DNA of 64,000 nt. It comes from Thermoanaerobaculia bacterium (GTDB lineage: Bacteria; Acidobacteriota; Thermoanaerobaculia; UBA5066). The notes beneath the pieces are model-generated. The model had not been told where the DNA came from. It saw nothing but the letters and a program-made list of their open reading frames with translations, and did not search any database. Location of the stretch: NCBI GenBank assembly GCA_038245905.1, contig JBBRRY010000001.1:64001-128000 (forward strand). Direction: 5' to 3'. Position 1 is the stretch's first letter. Each line of letters begins with the position of its first letter. Position numbers and translations under genes: made by a program. Below are positions 48,431 through 60,709 of the stretch, one piece after another.

Positions 48431-51064
48431 ATGAGGAGCGCCATGAATCTCGCCACTCGTGTCCTCGCGACCCTCCTGTCTATCGCGCCCGCTCTCGCGC
48501 ACTCAGCCTCGCCGCCCACTCCCTCGGAGTTTCTCGGGATCAAGGTAGGCGCTGATCGGACGCTCGCGGACTACCGGCAGATCTCGTCTTACTTTCGCGA
48601 GCTCGAGAAGGCCTCGCCGCGCGTGAAGATCCAGAACCTCGGAAAGACGACGCTCGGGGAGGACATGCTTCTCGCCGTCATCACCAGCGAGGAGAACCAG
48701 CGAAACCTCCCGCGGCTTCAGGAGATCTCGCGCAAGCTTTCCGATCCGCGCGGGCTCTCGGATTCCGATGTCGCCGCCCTCACGAATGAGGGCAAGGTCG
48801 TCCTCCTCGTGACGTGCAACATCCACGCGAGCGAGATCGGCTCAACGCAGATGGCGATGGAGTGGGCGCACGCGCTGGCGACGTCGGACGACCAGGAGAC
48901 GAAGCGTCGCCTCGCGAACGTGGTGGTCCTCCTCCTGCCGTCCCTGAATCCCGACGGCCAGATCATGGAGACCGACTGGTATCGCAAGAACCTCGGAACG
49001 AAATACGAAGGGGGCCGGCTTCCCTGGCTGTACCACCACTACGTCGGGCACGACAACAACCGCGACTGGTACATGCTGACGCAGAAAGAGACGAAGGCCC
49101 TCAACCGGGCCGTGTACAAGGAGTGGCTCCCCCAGGTGTGGCTCGACGAGCACCAGATGGGAATCAACGGGCCGCGCATCTTCATGCCGCCCTATGCCGA
49201 ACCGGTCTCGTCCGACGTGCACCCCCTCGTTTGGCGCGACGTCAACCTGATCGGCGCGGCGATGGCTCTCCGGCTCGAACAGAGGGAGAAGTCGGGAGTC
49301 ATCTACGGCTATTCCTTCGACGCCTACTGGCCCGGCGGCACGAAGAACACGGGCTGGTGGAAAAACATCGCGGGACTTCTCACCGAAGTCGCGTCCGTGC
49401 GGCTGGCGTCCCCGGTTTACCTTCCGCTTGGCGAGCTCGCGGGGGGTCGGAAGGGCCTCATCGACTACCGCGCGCAGACGAATTTCCCGAACCCCTGGCC
49501 GGGCGGCTGGTGGCGGCTTCGCGACATCATGGATTACGAACGAATCGCCTCGGACGCGATCCTCGAGACCTGTGCAGACCGCCGCGAAGACTTCCTGAAG
49601 GACATGGCGACGCGGGCCCGCGCGAGCATCGCGGCCTTCCGTCCGGACGACGCCTACCGCATCCCGATGGGGCAAGGTCAGCGGGATCCGGCGACCGCCC
49701 TGGTTCTCGCCCGGATCATGGGCGAGCACGGAGTCGACGTGAGGTCCGGCCCGAACGGGGACGCGTTCATTCCCCTCGCACAGCCCTACGGAAAATTCGT
49801 ACGGGAGATGATGGAACCGCAGCGGTATCCCGAAGTGAAGCTGGTAGCCGGGAAGGACATTGTTCGTCCCTATGACGTCGCCACGTGGACGCTGCCCGCG
49901 ATGATGGGCGTGAGGGTCGAGCGCGCGACGCTGCCGGCCGGACTGACCGAATTCGATCCAGCAGGCGGAGGAGGAAGAGGAAAAGAGGGAGAGATTCTGA
50001 GAAGGGGGGCGCCGGCCGCCGCACTTCTCCCGGGAAGTCCCGAGAACGCAAAGGTCGTGAACGCAGCGTTGAAAGCGGGCGCCGTGGTCTCGATTCTGCG
50101 AGCGCCCGCGCCCTTCGAGGGCAGGGACTGGCCCGCGGGAACGATCATTCTCGGAAAATCCGCGCTCGATTCCGCGGAGGCGTCCCTCGTCGCGACGCGC
50201 GTCCCCCTCTTTCCTTTCAAAGAAATCCCCTCTTCTCCCTCTCTCTCTCGCCTGCGCGCCCCGCGCGTCGGCCTCTACAAGTCGTTTACGTCTTCCATGG
50301 ACGAGGGGTGGACGCGCTGGCTCCTCGAGCAATACGGCTTCGCGCCGGTTTCGCTCGAGAACAAGGCCGTTCGTGCGGGTTCCCTGGCTGAGAGGTTCGA
50401 CGTCATCGTCCTTCCGGACATGGAGGCCGAGGTCATCGCGACCGGCCGCCCGCGTCGCGAGGAAGGGGAGTCCCGCTACATCCCGGAGCTTCCGCCGGGA
50501 TACCAGGGAGGCCTCGAGAAGGAGGGCGCGAAGGCCCTGCGGGACTTCGTCGAGGCAGGGGGGACGCTCGTCGCGTTCGACTCCGCGACGGACTACGTCG
50601 CGAGCGAATTCTCGATTCCCGTCCGAAACACGCTCGCGCGCGCCAAGCGCGAGGAGTTTTTCTGCCCGGGTTCTCTCCTGCGCGTCCACGTGGACGCGTT
50701 GCACCCCGTGACATGGGGTCTGCCTTCCGAGGTGGCTGTGTTCCTGGACGACGCGACCGCCTTGCAAACGTCGCTTCCGGGAGCCGAGCTCGAGAGGTGG
50801 GTTCTCGCGTCTTACCCGGACGACGAGCGCGACGTACTCGTCTCCGGCTGGATTCATGGCGGAGACCGCCTCACGCGGCGCGCGGCGGCGGTCGCGACGA
50901 CGTTCGGCAAGGGGAAGCTCGTGCTCCTCGGCTTCCGGCCGCAGCACCGTGCCCAGACACACGCGACGTTCCCGTTTCTCTTCAATGCACTCTACTGGTC
51001 GGTCGAGGGACCGCCTCCCGGCGCGAAAAAAGACGGCGTGAAAGCTTCACCCGGAAGGGGGTGA
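48431..51064 (+). CDS. M14 zinc carboxypeptidase family protein, exported
   Basis: IHASE, NPDG, GHDNNRD, DEHQMG; C-terminal GATase-like domain. Confidence 0.88.
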   Translation: MRSAMNLATRVLATLLSIAPALAHSASPPTPSEFLGIKVGADRTLADYRQISSYFRELEKASPRVKIQNLGKTTLGEDMLLAVITSEENQRNLPRLQEISRKLSDPRGLSDSDVAALTNEGKVVLLVTCNIHASEIGSTQMAMEWAHALATSDDQETKRRLANVVVLLLPSLNPDGQIMETDWYRKNLGTKYEGGRLPWLYHHYVGHDNNRDWYMLTQKETKALNRAVYKEWLPQVWLDEHQMGINGPRIFMPPYAEPVSSDVHPLVWRDVNLIGAAMALRLEQREKSGVIYGYSFDAYWPGGTKNTGWWKNIAGLLTEVASVRLASPVYLPLGELAGGRKGLIDYRAQTNFPNPWPGGWWRLRDIMDYERIASDAILETCADRREDFLKDMATRARASIAAFRPDDAYRIPMGQGQRDPATALVLARIMGEHGVDVRSGPNGDAFIPLAQPYGKFVREMMEPQRYPEVKLVAGKDIVRPYDVATWTLPAMMGVRVERATLPAGLTEFDPAGGGGRGKEGEILRRGAPAAALLPGSPENAKVVNAALKAGAVVSILRAPAPFEGRDWPAGTIILGKSALDSAEASLVATRVPLFPFKEIPSSPSLSRLRAPRVGLYKSFTSSMDEGWTRWLLEQYGFAPVSLENKAVRAGSLAERFDVIVLPDMEAEVIATGRPRREEGESRYIPELPPGYQGGLEKEGAKALRDFVEAGGTLVAFDSATDYVASEFSIPVRNTLARAKREEFFCPGSLLRVHVDALHPVTWGLPSEVAVFLDDATALQTSLPGAELERWVLASYPDDERDVLVSGWIHGGDRLTRRAAAVATTFGKGKLVLLGFRPQHRAQTHATFPFLFNALYWSVEGPPPGAKKDGVKASPGRG
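49991..50229. repeat. convergent motif pair J
   Basis: fwd GAGATTCTGAGAAGG 49991-50005; rev 50213-50229 reads GGGATTTCTTTGAAAGG. Confidence 0.8.
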
Positions 51065-51095
51065 GCCGCCGGAGATCCAGGGATCGCGTGCTAGC

Positions 51096-53747
51096 ATGAA
51101 ACATGTTCCCGTTGAGGAAGGTGCCTTTCGTGCCTCCGCGGCATGGGGTTCCGGGAGAGCTTCCAACTTGCCTAGGGAAGACGACCAGCAGCCGCTCGAT
51201 CCGGACGTCCGGGAGGCGCTCTTCGAGCTCCAGCGATACCTGTCCGACAGCCTCGCGCCTCTGATGGTTTCCGACGCGATCAATCTCCTCCTCGACTATC
51301 CCGCGGACCTTGCGGCGAACGAGATCCAGTCTTGGATAACCGCGCAATTTCAGAGCGCCAAGCCGGCCGCGGTCTCGGACTACCTCTATCACGCAGTCGA
51401 GAAGATCCACGCGATGGGTCATTACCAGCTCGTCCCGAAGGATTCGCTCCTGCGCTACCTAGAGGAGCTCAAGCCCTTCGTCCTGGCAAGCTGTCCGCCG
51501 ACCGACAGGGCTCTCCTGGAGCAAAACCTCGGTCGCCTCGGAAGGACGGAGAGCACCTTGTCGGCGCCGGTCGAGATCCTGAGGCGGCAAGCAGGCCTCG
51601 CGGGCGGAGAGACCGTGACGGCGAGCCGGGGCGGCGGAGGGATGCCCCATGCGGCTTCCCATCTGCAGGAACTCTCGCTCCTGTTCGAGCGCCTTGGGCC
51701 GCTGCTGGCGGCTGGTAGCTTCCCGGCGTCGGCCGAGGGGGCCGGTCAGGCTCCTCGCGGGGCCCGCGAGGAGCGCGGTAGGGAAGCCATTGTTGCCGCC
51801 GCCGGCGCGGCGCTCGTCGAGGGTGCGGCCACAACCGCTCTTCCGGGAGCCAGCGCGGAAAGGCGGGACGTCCTCCTTTCACAGATTCTCTCCGTGGCCG
51901 CAATGGCCGCGCGCACTGACGGCGAGCTGCGCGCCGCCCTCGACAAGCTTCGAAGTCTCGGGATCGACGTTCCAACCTCCGAGCTGTTTCGCACGCTCGG
52001 GCGATCCGTTCCCCAGTGGCCGGTGTCGTCTCCTTCCGCGCCGCTCGAGCAGGCTCTTTCGAATGCGAAGGGTGCGCCGACGGCGGCGATGCGGCGCATC
52101 GTCACTCTTCCGGACAATCCCGAGGAAATCGGACGCCGATTCAGCGAGATGGTGAACGCGGCTGTCGAGCAGCTCAACCAGGGCTCTCTCTCGCGTTCTT
52201 CCCGCATGTTGGACGCGGCCGAGAAGATCGTCTCCGAGAACCATGTCGAGGCCTCAACGGCCGAGAACGCACGCCGAAGGGCTCAGGAAACCGTGGACCT
52301 CGAGCGCATACGCTCCCTTGGCGAGGACGCGCGGAACCACGAGGCGCTCGGCCGAATCCTGTCGTTCTTTCCCGGCTTGAGCCCAAGCCGGCTCATCGCG
52401 GAACTGCATGGCGAGGAGAAGCGTGAGCGCCGGCGCATGCTGCTCTCCCTCCTCGAGATTCACGGCGCGGAGGCGCGTGCGAGGGCGCTGACCCTGCTGG
52501 AGGAGTCGCGGACGGGGGATCCCGCCCACGACTGGCATTTCAAGCGGAACCTCCTGTACCTCATCCGGCGCATTCCGCGCGCCACACCGGAGCCGACGGA
52601 CACCGAGCTCGACGTGCTCGTGGCCCTTTCCAACCCCGCCCTGCCTCCACCCCTCGTGAAGGAGGCCATCGCGAGTCTCGGAACCGCGCGCCATGAGAAG
52701 GCGGAAGCGGCGCTCGTGACGATCGTCCAGGGACTCGAAGGGATGCTCGCGAAGAAGATCGACGCGCCATTCGACGAGGCCGAGCTGCAGCCTCTCCTCG
52801 ATCGCGCCGTCTCGGCGCTGGCACGTTTCGGAAGCCATACCTCGCGCCGGATGGTCGTGGAGCACGGTCTCAAGCGGAAGGGAGGGCTGGGGGATGCCGG
52901 GGCCCGCCTCGCCGAGCTGTCGGGACAGGATCTCTCTACGGACGCCGACCTCGTCGGCGTCCTGCTCAAGAGCCTGAAGGCGGAGCTTCCATTCAAGGTG
53001 TTCGGCCTCACGCTCAAGAGACGGGACGAAAAAATAGGACCGATCATCGAGGCGCTCTCCTCGACGCCGCTGCCCCAGGTCCGGAGGGCGCTCGAGGAAG
53101 TCGTCGAGCGCCACGCCGGAACCGACTATGCGAAGGCCGCGGCGCGGACGCTGGCGGCGTTCGACGCACCGAAGGCCGACGAGGGCCCGGCCGCGAGCCT
53201 TTCCGGCGATCTCGCGACTTTCGAGCTGCCGTCCCTCCTACAGAGCCTCGCGGCCTCCGAGGTCACGGGGACGCTGACGCTCCGGAACGCACCCGGCGCC
53301 GTCACGGGGCGCCTCCTGATCGAATCCGGCCGGATTCGGTCAGCCGAGACCGGTGCGCTGCGCGGAGACGACGCGGCCTACCAACTCTTCGAGCGCCCCG
53401 GCGGAGGATCGTTCGCGTTCGTGAAGCAGCCGAACCAGCTGCCCCGTGCCGAGGGCGAACCGCCGACCCGAGAGGTCGTGTCGGTCCTGCTCGAGGGCAT
53501 GCGCCGTTACGACGAATTCCAGCGGTTTGCCGCGCTCGTTCCAGACGAAACCATTTTCAAGCAGACCGGTTCGAAACCCACTCCCGAGCCGGAAGAGCCG
53601 GACGCCGCTTTACAGCAGGGCGTCTGGGCGAAGGCCGTGTCGGGACTGAGCGCGCGCGCGATCGAAGCGGCCGTCGTCGCCGACGCGTTTCGGATCCGGA
53701 GGTTGCTCGCCCACTGGGTCGAGGACGGAAGCCTGAAGCCGGCCTGA
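51096..53747 (+). CDS. large helical-repeat protein with C-terminal DUF4388 (start may be TTG 51168)
   Basis: LSGDLATFELPSLLQSL....TGTL.L...G.I..A DUF4388 pattern; HEAT-like repeats. Confidence 0.75.
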   Translation: MKHVPVEEGAFRASAAWGSGRASNLPREDDQQPLDPDVREALFELQRYLSDSLAPLMVSDAINLLLDYPADLAANEIQSWITAQFQSAKPAAVSDYLYHAVEKIHAMGHYQLVPKDSLLRYLEELKPFVLASCPPTDRALLEQNLGRLGRTESTLSAPVEILRRQAGLAGGETVTASRGGGGMPHAASHLQELSLLFERLGPLLAAGSFPASAEGAGQAPRGAREERGREAIVAAAGAALVEGAATTALPGASAERRDVLLSQILSVAAMAARTDGELRAALDKLRSLGIDVPTSELFRTLGRSVPQWPVSSPSAPLEQALSNAKGAPTAAMRRIVTLPDNPEEIGRRFSEMVNAAVEQLNQGSLSRSSRMLDAAEKIVSENHVEASTAENARRRAQETVDLERIRSLGEDARNHEALGRILSFFPGLSPSRLIAELHGEEKRERRRMLLSLLEIHGAEARARALTLLEESRTGDPAHDWHFKRNLLYLIRRIPRATPEPTDTELDVLVALSNPALPPPLVKEAIASLGTARHEKAEAALVTIVQGLEGMLAKKIDAPFDEAELQPLLDRAVSALARFGSHTSRRMVVEHGLKRKGGLGDAGARLAELSGQDLSTDADLVGVLLKSLKAELPFKVFGLTLKRRDEKIGPIIEALSSTPLPQVRRALEEVVERHAGTDYAKAAARTLAAFDAPKADEGPAASLSGDLATFELPSLLQSLAASEVTGTLTLRNAPGAVTGRLLIESGRIRSAETGALRGDDAAYQLFERPGGGSFAFVKQPNQLPRAEGEPPTREVVSVLLEGMRRYDEFQRFAALVPDETIFKQTGSKPTPEPEEPDAALQQGVWAKAVSGLSARAIEAAVVADAFRIRRLLAHWVEDGSLKPA

Positions 53748-53757
53748 GAGGCCGGCT
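53737..53757. terminator. hairpin between convergent genes
   Basis: AGCCGGCCT-GAG-AGGCCGGCT; no clear U-tract. Confidence 0.4.
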
Positions 53758-53778
53758 CCGGCCTGCGCGTCGTTCCGG

Positions 53779-55785
<2,007 letters not shown>

Positions 55786-55877
55786 GTGCTTTCTCCTTCG
55801 GGGTTTGCGCTGGAAATAAAAGCGCTCCGGGCTCACGCGGAGCGCCGAGCGCCCCGCGGAGCCACGCAGAGATCGAG

Positions 55878-57020
55878 TCAGTAGTAGAAGACCTGGACCT
55901 GAACGGTGTACTGGTTCGTGGTTGCGACGAGAGGGTCGTTCGGGAATTCCTTCCGCGTGAAGCCGGCCTTGATGTTGAAGTTCGAGCCGTACGGGTACCA
56001 GCCGAATCCGACCTGGTAGAAGTTCTTGTTGAGCTTCTGGTTCACGTCGTCCTGGTACTTCTGGAGCTCGTAGCGGAGGAACGGCATGACCTTCAGGCCG
56101 CCGACGAAGACGCCGGCCTCGAGGAAGAGGTCGTCCTGCTTGAAGAGCGCGGCCGTGGGGAAGGTGGCGCCGCCGTCGTAGCGGATGTAGTCGGCCTGCG
56201 CCGTGAGACCGTTCCCCTTGCCGATCGGGTAGTCGAAGAACACGTCCGCGGCATAGGCGGTGTAGTCACCCTGGTTGTCGACGCTCGCGCCGAGGGCGAG
56301 GATCTTCTTCTTGCCGAAATACGTGCCGGGGTAGAACTGGACCTTTTCCACGTCGAAGACGTTGTACTGGGCCCGGGCTGTGAAGCGGAAAGAGTTCTTG
56401 ACGCCGGGGGCGCGGAAGCCCGAATAGACGCCCGCGCGGTATTCGAGGTGGTCGCCCGCGAGATAGCCCTTGGCCTGGAACCCCGTATCGCGCCCGACGG
56501 AGGACTGCGTGGAGGCGCTTTCCTGGAACGACCACGTCCCGTAGTCCATCGAAACCAGGTTCACCGCGCTCGAGTTGCAGTTGCGGCAGAGGGGAATGAG
56601 GATGAGGCCGCCCTGGATCCGGAACTCGTTTGCGACCGCCCATTCCATATAGGCATCCTGAACGATGAAGCCGGTCGCAGGCGCCTTGATGCCTGTCGTC
56701 CCGCTCGTGGCTGTCTGGGTCGACTTCCCGAGATTCGGGTTGTCGGTCATGAAGAAAAACGTGACGTCTTTCGCGACTTGTCCCCCGAGGAAGAACCTGG
56801 CCCGGCGCAGGAACAGGTTCTCCTGGAACCCGGCCGTGCTCCCCGCGGCGTCCGACTGGCCGTTCCAGTCCGCCCAGCCCTGCAGCAGGATGCCGAGCCG
56901 GAAGTTGACGGTGTCGTTCACCTTGATGATGGCCTGGGCATTCGCGATTCCCGGCAGGAGCGCGATGAGCAGGGCAAGGGAAACGAGAACGAAGCGATTC
57001 ACACTGATCCTTGAACGCAC
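55878..57020 (-). CDS. outer-membrane porin-like beta-barrel, paralog of 23325..24479
   Basis: shared AQA.IKVND..N, FQ.N...[27 protein letters not shown]-like and FNLK-like motifs; ends FYY; AGGAGG RBS. Confidence 0.78.
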   Translation of the reverse strand: MRSRISVNRFVLVSLALLIALLPGIANAQAIIKVNDTVNFRLGILLQGWADWNGQSDAAGSTAGFQENLFLRRARFFLGGQVAKDVTFFFMTDNPNLGKSTQTATSGTTGIKAPATGFIVQDAYMEWAVANEFRIQGGLILIPLCRNCNSSAVNLVSMDYGTWSFQESASTQSSVGRDTGFQAKGYLAGDHLEYRAGVYSGFRAPGVKNSFRFTARAQYNVFDVEKVQFYPGTYFGKKKILALGASVDNQGDYTAYAADVFFDYPIGKGNGLTAQADYIRYDGGATFPTAALFKQDDLFLEAGVFVGGLKVMPFLRYELQKYQDDVNQKLNKNFYQVGFGWYPYGSNFNIKAGFTRKEFPNDPLVATTNQYTVQVQVFYY

Positions 57021-57357
57021 ACCATCCTCCTTCACGTCAGCACGCCAATGAGCGGCACGACCGGAGCGCATCTATGCGAAAACGATAGACATGAGGTGGA
57101 TTCCACGTCAACAGGAATCTTCTGCCGGGCGCTGATGCATTTGCGTTAACGCCGGCTTCTGGTTTTCGCTTGACTTGGGGCGAGAGTCTGAAAGACTTTC
57201 GCCAAGTTTTGCTTCGACTGAAGTCACGTTCCGGAGTCTGCTCCGCGCGAGGGTGCGGCGGCGCCTCAGCCTTCCCGAAGGCTCGTGCCGTCCGTCACAC
57301 GACACGGGGTGTTCTCCGTGCTCAAACGGCCGAAAGGCCACAGGATGGAGGGAATCG

Positions 57358-58974
57358 ATGAGTACTGCGGCACCCGCGGAAACCGGCGAACGGTCCATCT
57401 CCCCGGCCGAGGAACGGCGCGTCATCATCGCGTCGTCGGTCGGAACGGTCTTCGAGTGGTACGACTTTTACCTCTACGCGATCCTCGCGCCGTTCTTCGC
57501 CGCGCTGTTCTTCCCGCCCGGCAACCAGACCGCGGCGCTTCTGGGCGCGTTCGGCGCCTACGCGGCCGGGTTTCTCGTGCGGCCGTTCGGCGCCCTGATC
57601 TTCGGGCGCGTCGGCGACCTCGTCGGACGCAAGTACACGTTCCTCGTGACGATCGTCGTCATGGGTCTCTCGACGGTTTTCGTCGGTTTCCTGCCGACGT
57701 ACAAGTCGATCGGCTTCATGGCGGCCGTCCTCCTCGTGCTTCTCAGGCTCGCGCAGGGTCTCGCTCTCGGCGGTGAATATGGCGGCGCGGCGACGTACGT
57801 GGCCGAGCACGCGTCGGACTCGAAGCGCGGGTACGCGACCTCATGGATTCAGACGACCGCGACGGTCGGCATGCTCGCGTCGCTCATCATCATCCTCCTT
57901 TGCCGCGTCAACATGTCCGCGGACGCGTTCAAGAGCTGGGGCTGGCGCATTCCCTTCTGGCTCTCGATCCCGCTCCTCATCATCTCGATCTACATCCGCG
58001 TCAAGCTCAAGGAATCACCCATCTTCACGCGCATGAAGACGGCGGGGAAGCGCTCCACGTCGCCCCTCAAGGACAGCTTCCTCAAGTATCCCAACAACAA
58101 GTACGTGGCACTGGCGCTCTTCGGCGCGACCGCGGGCCAGGGAGTCGTCTGGTACACGGGCCAGTTTTACGCCCTGTTCTTCATCCTGATCTACCTCAAG
58201 CTCGACTTCGTGCCGACGTATCTCCTGATCGGCCTGTCGCTCCTGATCGGGACGCCGTTCTTCCTCGTGTTCGGAGCGCTCTCCGACAGGATCGGACGCA
58301 AGAAGATCATTCTCGCGGGCTGTCTGATCGCAGCGCTCACGTATTTCCCGCTCTTCAAGGGGCTGACGCACTACATCAACCCCGACCTCGAGGCCTACCA
58401 GCAGAACACGAAGATCACGGTCTCGGCGACGGCGTGCAACTTCCACATCTTCGTGATGCCGACCACGGTGTTCACGCCCTGTGACAAAGTGAAAGACTTC
58501 CTGGGTAAAGGCGGCCTGTCCTTCGAGTCGTTGCCCGCCGAAAGCGGCAAGGACGTCGTCACGAACATCGGGAGCATCCGCATCGAAGGCTGGGACCAGG
58601 CGAAGTTCACCGAGGCCCTCAAGACGACCGGCTATCCGGTGAAGGCCGACCCCGCCAAGGTCAACTGGTTCATGGCGGAGTTGATCCTCGTCATCATGGT
58701 CATCTACGTGACGATGGTCTACGGCCCGATCGCCGCGTTCCTCGTCGAGCTCTTCCCGGCGAGCATCCGATACACCTCGATGTCGCTGCCATACCACATC
58801 GGCAACGGGTGGTTCGGAGGAATGCTGCCGCTCCTCGCGACGGCGATGGTCGCCGCCGCGGGCAACATCTACCAGGGCCTCTGGTATCCGATCATCGTCG
58901 CGGCGATCACCTTCGTCATCGGAGGCCTGTTCCTCCGCGAGACGAAGGACGTCAAGATTCACGACGAGTTCTGA
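57358..58974 (+). CDS. MFS transporter, metabolite:H+ symporter family
   Basis: SSVGTVFEWYDF, RPFGA, QGLALGGEYGGA. Confidence 0.92.
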   Translation: MSTAAPAETGERSISPAEERRVIIASSVGTVFEWYDFYLYAILAPFFAALFFPPGNQTAALLGAFGAYAAGFLVRPFGALIFGRVGDLVGRKYTFLVTIVVMGLSTVFVGFLPTYKSIGFMAAVLLVLLRLAQGLALGGEYGGAATYVAEHASDSKRGYATSWIQTTATVGMLASLIIILLCRVNMSADAFKSWGWRIPFWLSIPLLIISIYIRVKLKESPIFTRMKTAGKRSTSPLKDSFLKYPNNKYVALALFGATAGQGVVWYTGQFYALFFILIYLKLDFVPTYLLIGLSLLIGTPFFLVFGALSDRIGRKKIILAGCLIAALTYFPLFKGLTHYINPDLEAYQQNTKITVSATACNFHIFVMPTTVFTPCDKVKDFLGKGGLSFESLPAESGKDVVTNIGSIRIEGWDQAKFTEALKTTGYPVKADPAKVNWFMAELILVIMVIYVTMVYGPIAAFLVELFPASIRYTSMSLPYHIGNGWFGGMLPLLATAMVAAAGNIYQGLWYPIIVAAITFVIGGLFLRETKDVKIHDEF

Positions 58975-58997
58975 TCGACAACTCTTGTCGACCACCG

Positions 58998-59031
58998 GGG
59001 GCCGGGCGGAACTTCCGCCCGGCCCCTTTTT
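58998..59031 (+). terminator. intrinsic terminator
   Basis: GGGGCCGGGCGGA-ACT-TCCGCCCGGCCCC followed by TTTTT. Confidence 0.88.
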
Positions 59032-59064
59032 CCTGTCGAGATCTCGTTCGCTAGACTCGCAGGG

Positions 59065-60270
59065 ATGAACTGGGGATTGCCGCTCGTTCGCCCGGTTAGC
59101 GCGCTTCAGCAGTTCCTGAAGACCGAGGCCGCATCGGGTGTCCTGCTCCTGGCGGCCGCGGTCGCCGCGATCGCCCTCGCGAACTCTCCGGCCCGGAACG
59201 CCTACGCGCACGCGACACACCTGCCGATCCGTCTTGGGTCCGGCGCGTTCGGCGTCGACACGACCCTCACGCACGCGATCAACGACGCGCTCATGGCGGT
59301 GTTCTTCCTCGTCGTCGGCCTCGAGGTCAAGCGCGAGTTTCTGACGGGCGAGCTCTCCGGAAAGGGCGCCGCGATCCTCCCCGTGGCCGCGGCTTTCGGC
59401 GGCGCTGCCGTGCCTGCTCTCCTCTACGCGTTCCTCAATGCGGGGACACCGGCCATGCACGGATGGGGGATTCCGATGGCAACCGACATCGCCTTCGCGG
59501 TCGGCGTTCTCGGGCTTGTCGGCCGGTACGTCGCGCCGGTGTTCAAGGTCTTCCTGACGGCCGTCGCCGTCGTGGACGACCTCATCGCCGTCCTCGTGAT
59601 CGCGTTCTTCTACACGGCGGGCCTCGACCTCACGGCCCTGGCGGGCGTCGCGGTCGCTCTCGCGGTCCTCATCGCCCTCAACCGGGCGGGCGTCGACGCC
59701 CTCACCCCGTACCTCCTCGTCGGCGTCGTCCTGTGGGCCGCTATGGCGAAGTCGGGAGTCCACGCGACGATCGCGGGCGTCCTCCTCGGGATGTGCATCC
59801 CGGCGACGGGCACGGCAACATCGCCGCTCCGCCGCCTCGAGCATACCCTCCATCCGTGGGTCGCTTTTGGGGTCATGCCGGTCTTCGCGCTCGCGAACGC
59901 GGGCGTCTCGGTCGCACCCGGGCAGATCGGGAAGGTTCTCGCGTCCCCGATCGCACTCGGGATCATTCTCGGGCTGTTCGCCGGCAAGCAGATCGGGATC
60001 TTCGGAACGACCTTTCTTCTTGCGCGCGCCGGCGTCGGGAGCCTCCCGGTCGACAAGCGGGCGCGGCGCTCCCTCTGGGGCGTTGCCCTCCTCGGCGGGA
60101 TCGGCTTCACGATGTCGCTCTTCGTGAGCGGCCTGGCGTTCACGGACGAGGCCATGACGGACGTCTCGAAGGCCGCGATCGTCGCGGGCTCGCTGATATC
60201 GGGTCTCGCCGGGGCGGCGGTTCTCGCAAGCGTTCCGGCCCCGGTGGCGGGAGACGATTCCGCCGGTTAG
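59065..60270 (+). CDS. nhaA: Na+/H+ antiporter NhaA
   Basis: [40 protein letters not shown]. Confidence 0.93.
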   Translation: MNWGLPLVRPVSALQQFLKTEAASGVLLLAAAVAAIALANSPARNAYAHATHLPIRLGSGAFGVDTTLTHAINDALMAVFFLVVGLEVKREFLTGELSGKGAAILPVAAAFGGAAVPALLYAFLNAGTPAMHGWGIPMATDIAFAVGVLGLVGRYVAPVFKVFLTAVAVVDDLIAVLVIAFFYTAGLDLTALAGVAVALAVLIALNRAGVDALTPYLLVGVVLWAAMAKSGVHATIAGVLLGMCIPATGTATSPLRRLEHTLHPWVAFGVMPVFALANAGVSVAPGQIGKVLASPIALGIILGLFAGKQIGIFGTTFLLARAGVGSLPVDKRARRSLWGVALLGGIGFTMSLFVSGLAFTDEAMTDVSKAAIVAGSLISGLAGAAVLASVPAPVAGDDSAG

Positions 60271-60284
60271 ACTCCCGGCGCGCG

Positions 60285-60683
60285 ATGGCGATCTTCGGAA
60301 AGAGAGGCGGTCCGGCGCCCGAAGGCTTCGGAGAGCCCGCTTCCCGGTCCTCCTTGATCGGCTCCAGGATCCGCATCCGGGGAGAGCTGCTGGGAGACGA
60401 GGACGTCCTCGTGGAAGGGCGCGTGGAGGGCCGTGTCGAGGTCTCGAAGGCCTTCCGGGTCGGTCCCGGCGGCGTCGTCGTGGCCGAGGTGGCCGCGGGC
60501 ACCGTGGCCATCGCAGGACACGTCGTCGGGAACGTGCGTGCCGCCGAACGCGTCGAGCTCCTTCCCACCGGAACCCTCGAAGGCAACATTCACGCTCCCC
60601 GCATCGTTATCGGCGAGGGGGCCCGATTCACGGGGCGCATCGACATGAGCGGCCGGACGGAGACTCTGCCGCCGTCCCGCTGA
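60285..60683 (+). CDS. bactofilin (polymer-forming cytoskeletal protein)
   Basis: I.GEL...EDV.VEG.VEG, GNV.A..RVEL, GA.F.G.IDM. Confidence 0.88.
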   Translation: MAIFGKRGGPAPEGFGEPASRSSLIGSRIRIRGELLGDEDVLVEGRVEGRVEVSKAFRVGPGGVVVAEVAAGTVAIAGHVVGNVRAAERVELLPTGTLEGNIHAPRIVIGEGARFTGRIDMSGRTETLPPSR

Positions 60684-60709
60684 CCCGCAAGCGAAAGGAA
60701 AGCATCACC

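Noticed and set aside
514-50229. Motif pairs as MITE or IS terminal inverted repeats
   Set aside because: Spacers differ in length and sequence and encode conserved host-protein parts; I saw no target-site duplications or transposase.
514-50229. Motif as a CRISPR or REP repeat
   Set aside because: Not arrayed with regular spacers, mostly intragenic, AT-rich and not a GC stem-loop; no cas genes.
58975-58991. Short palindrome TCGACAA-CTC-TTGTCGA after the MFS stop
   Set aside because: Single occurrence next to a clear terminator; no independent support for a function.
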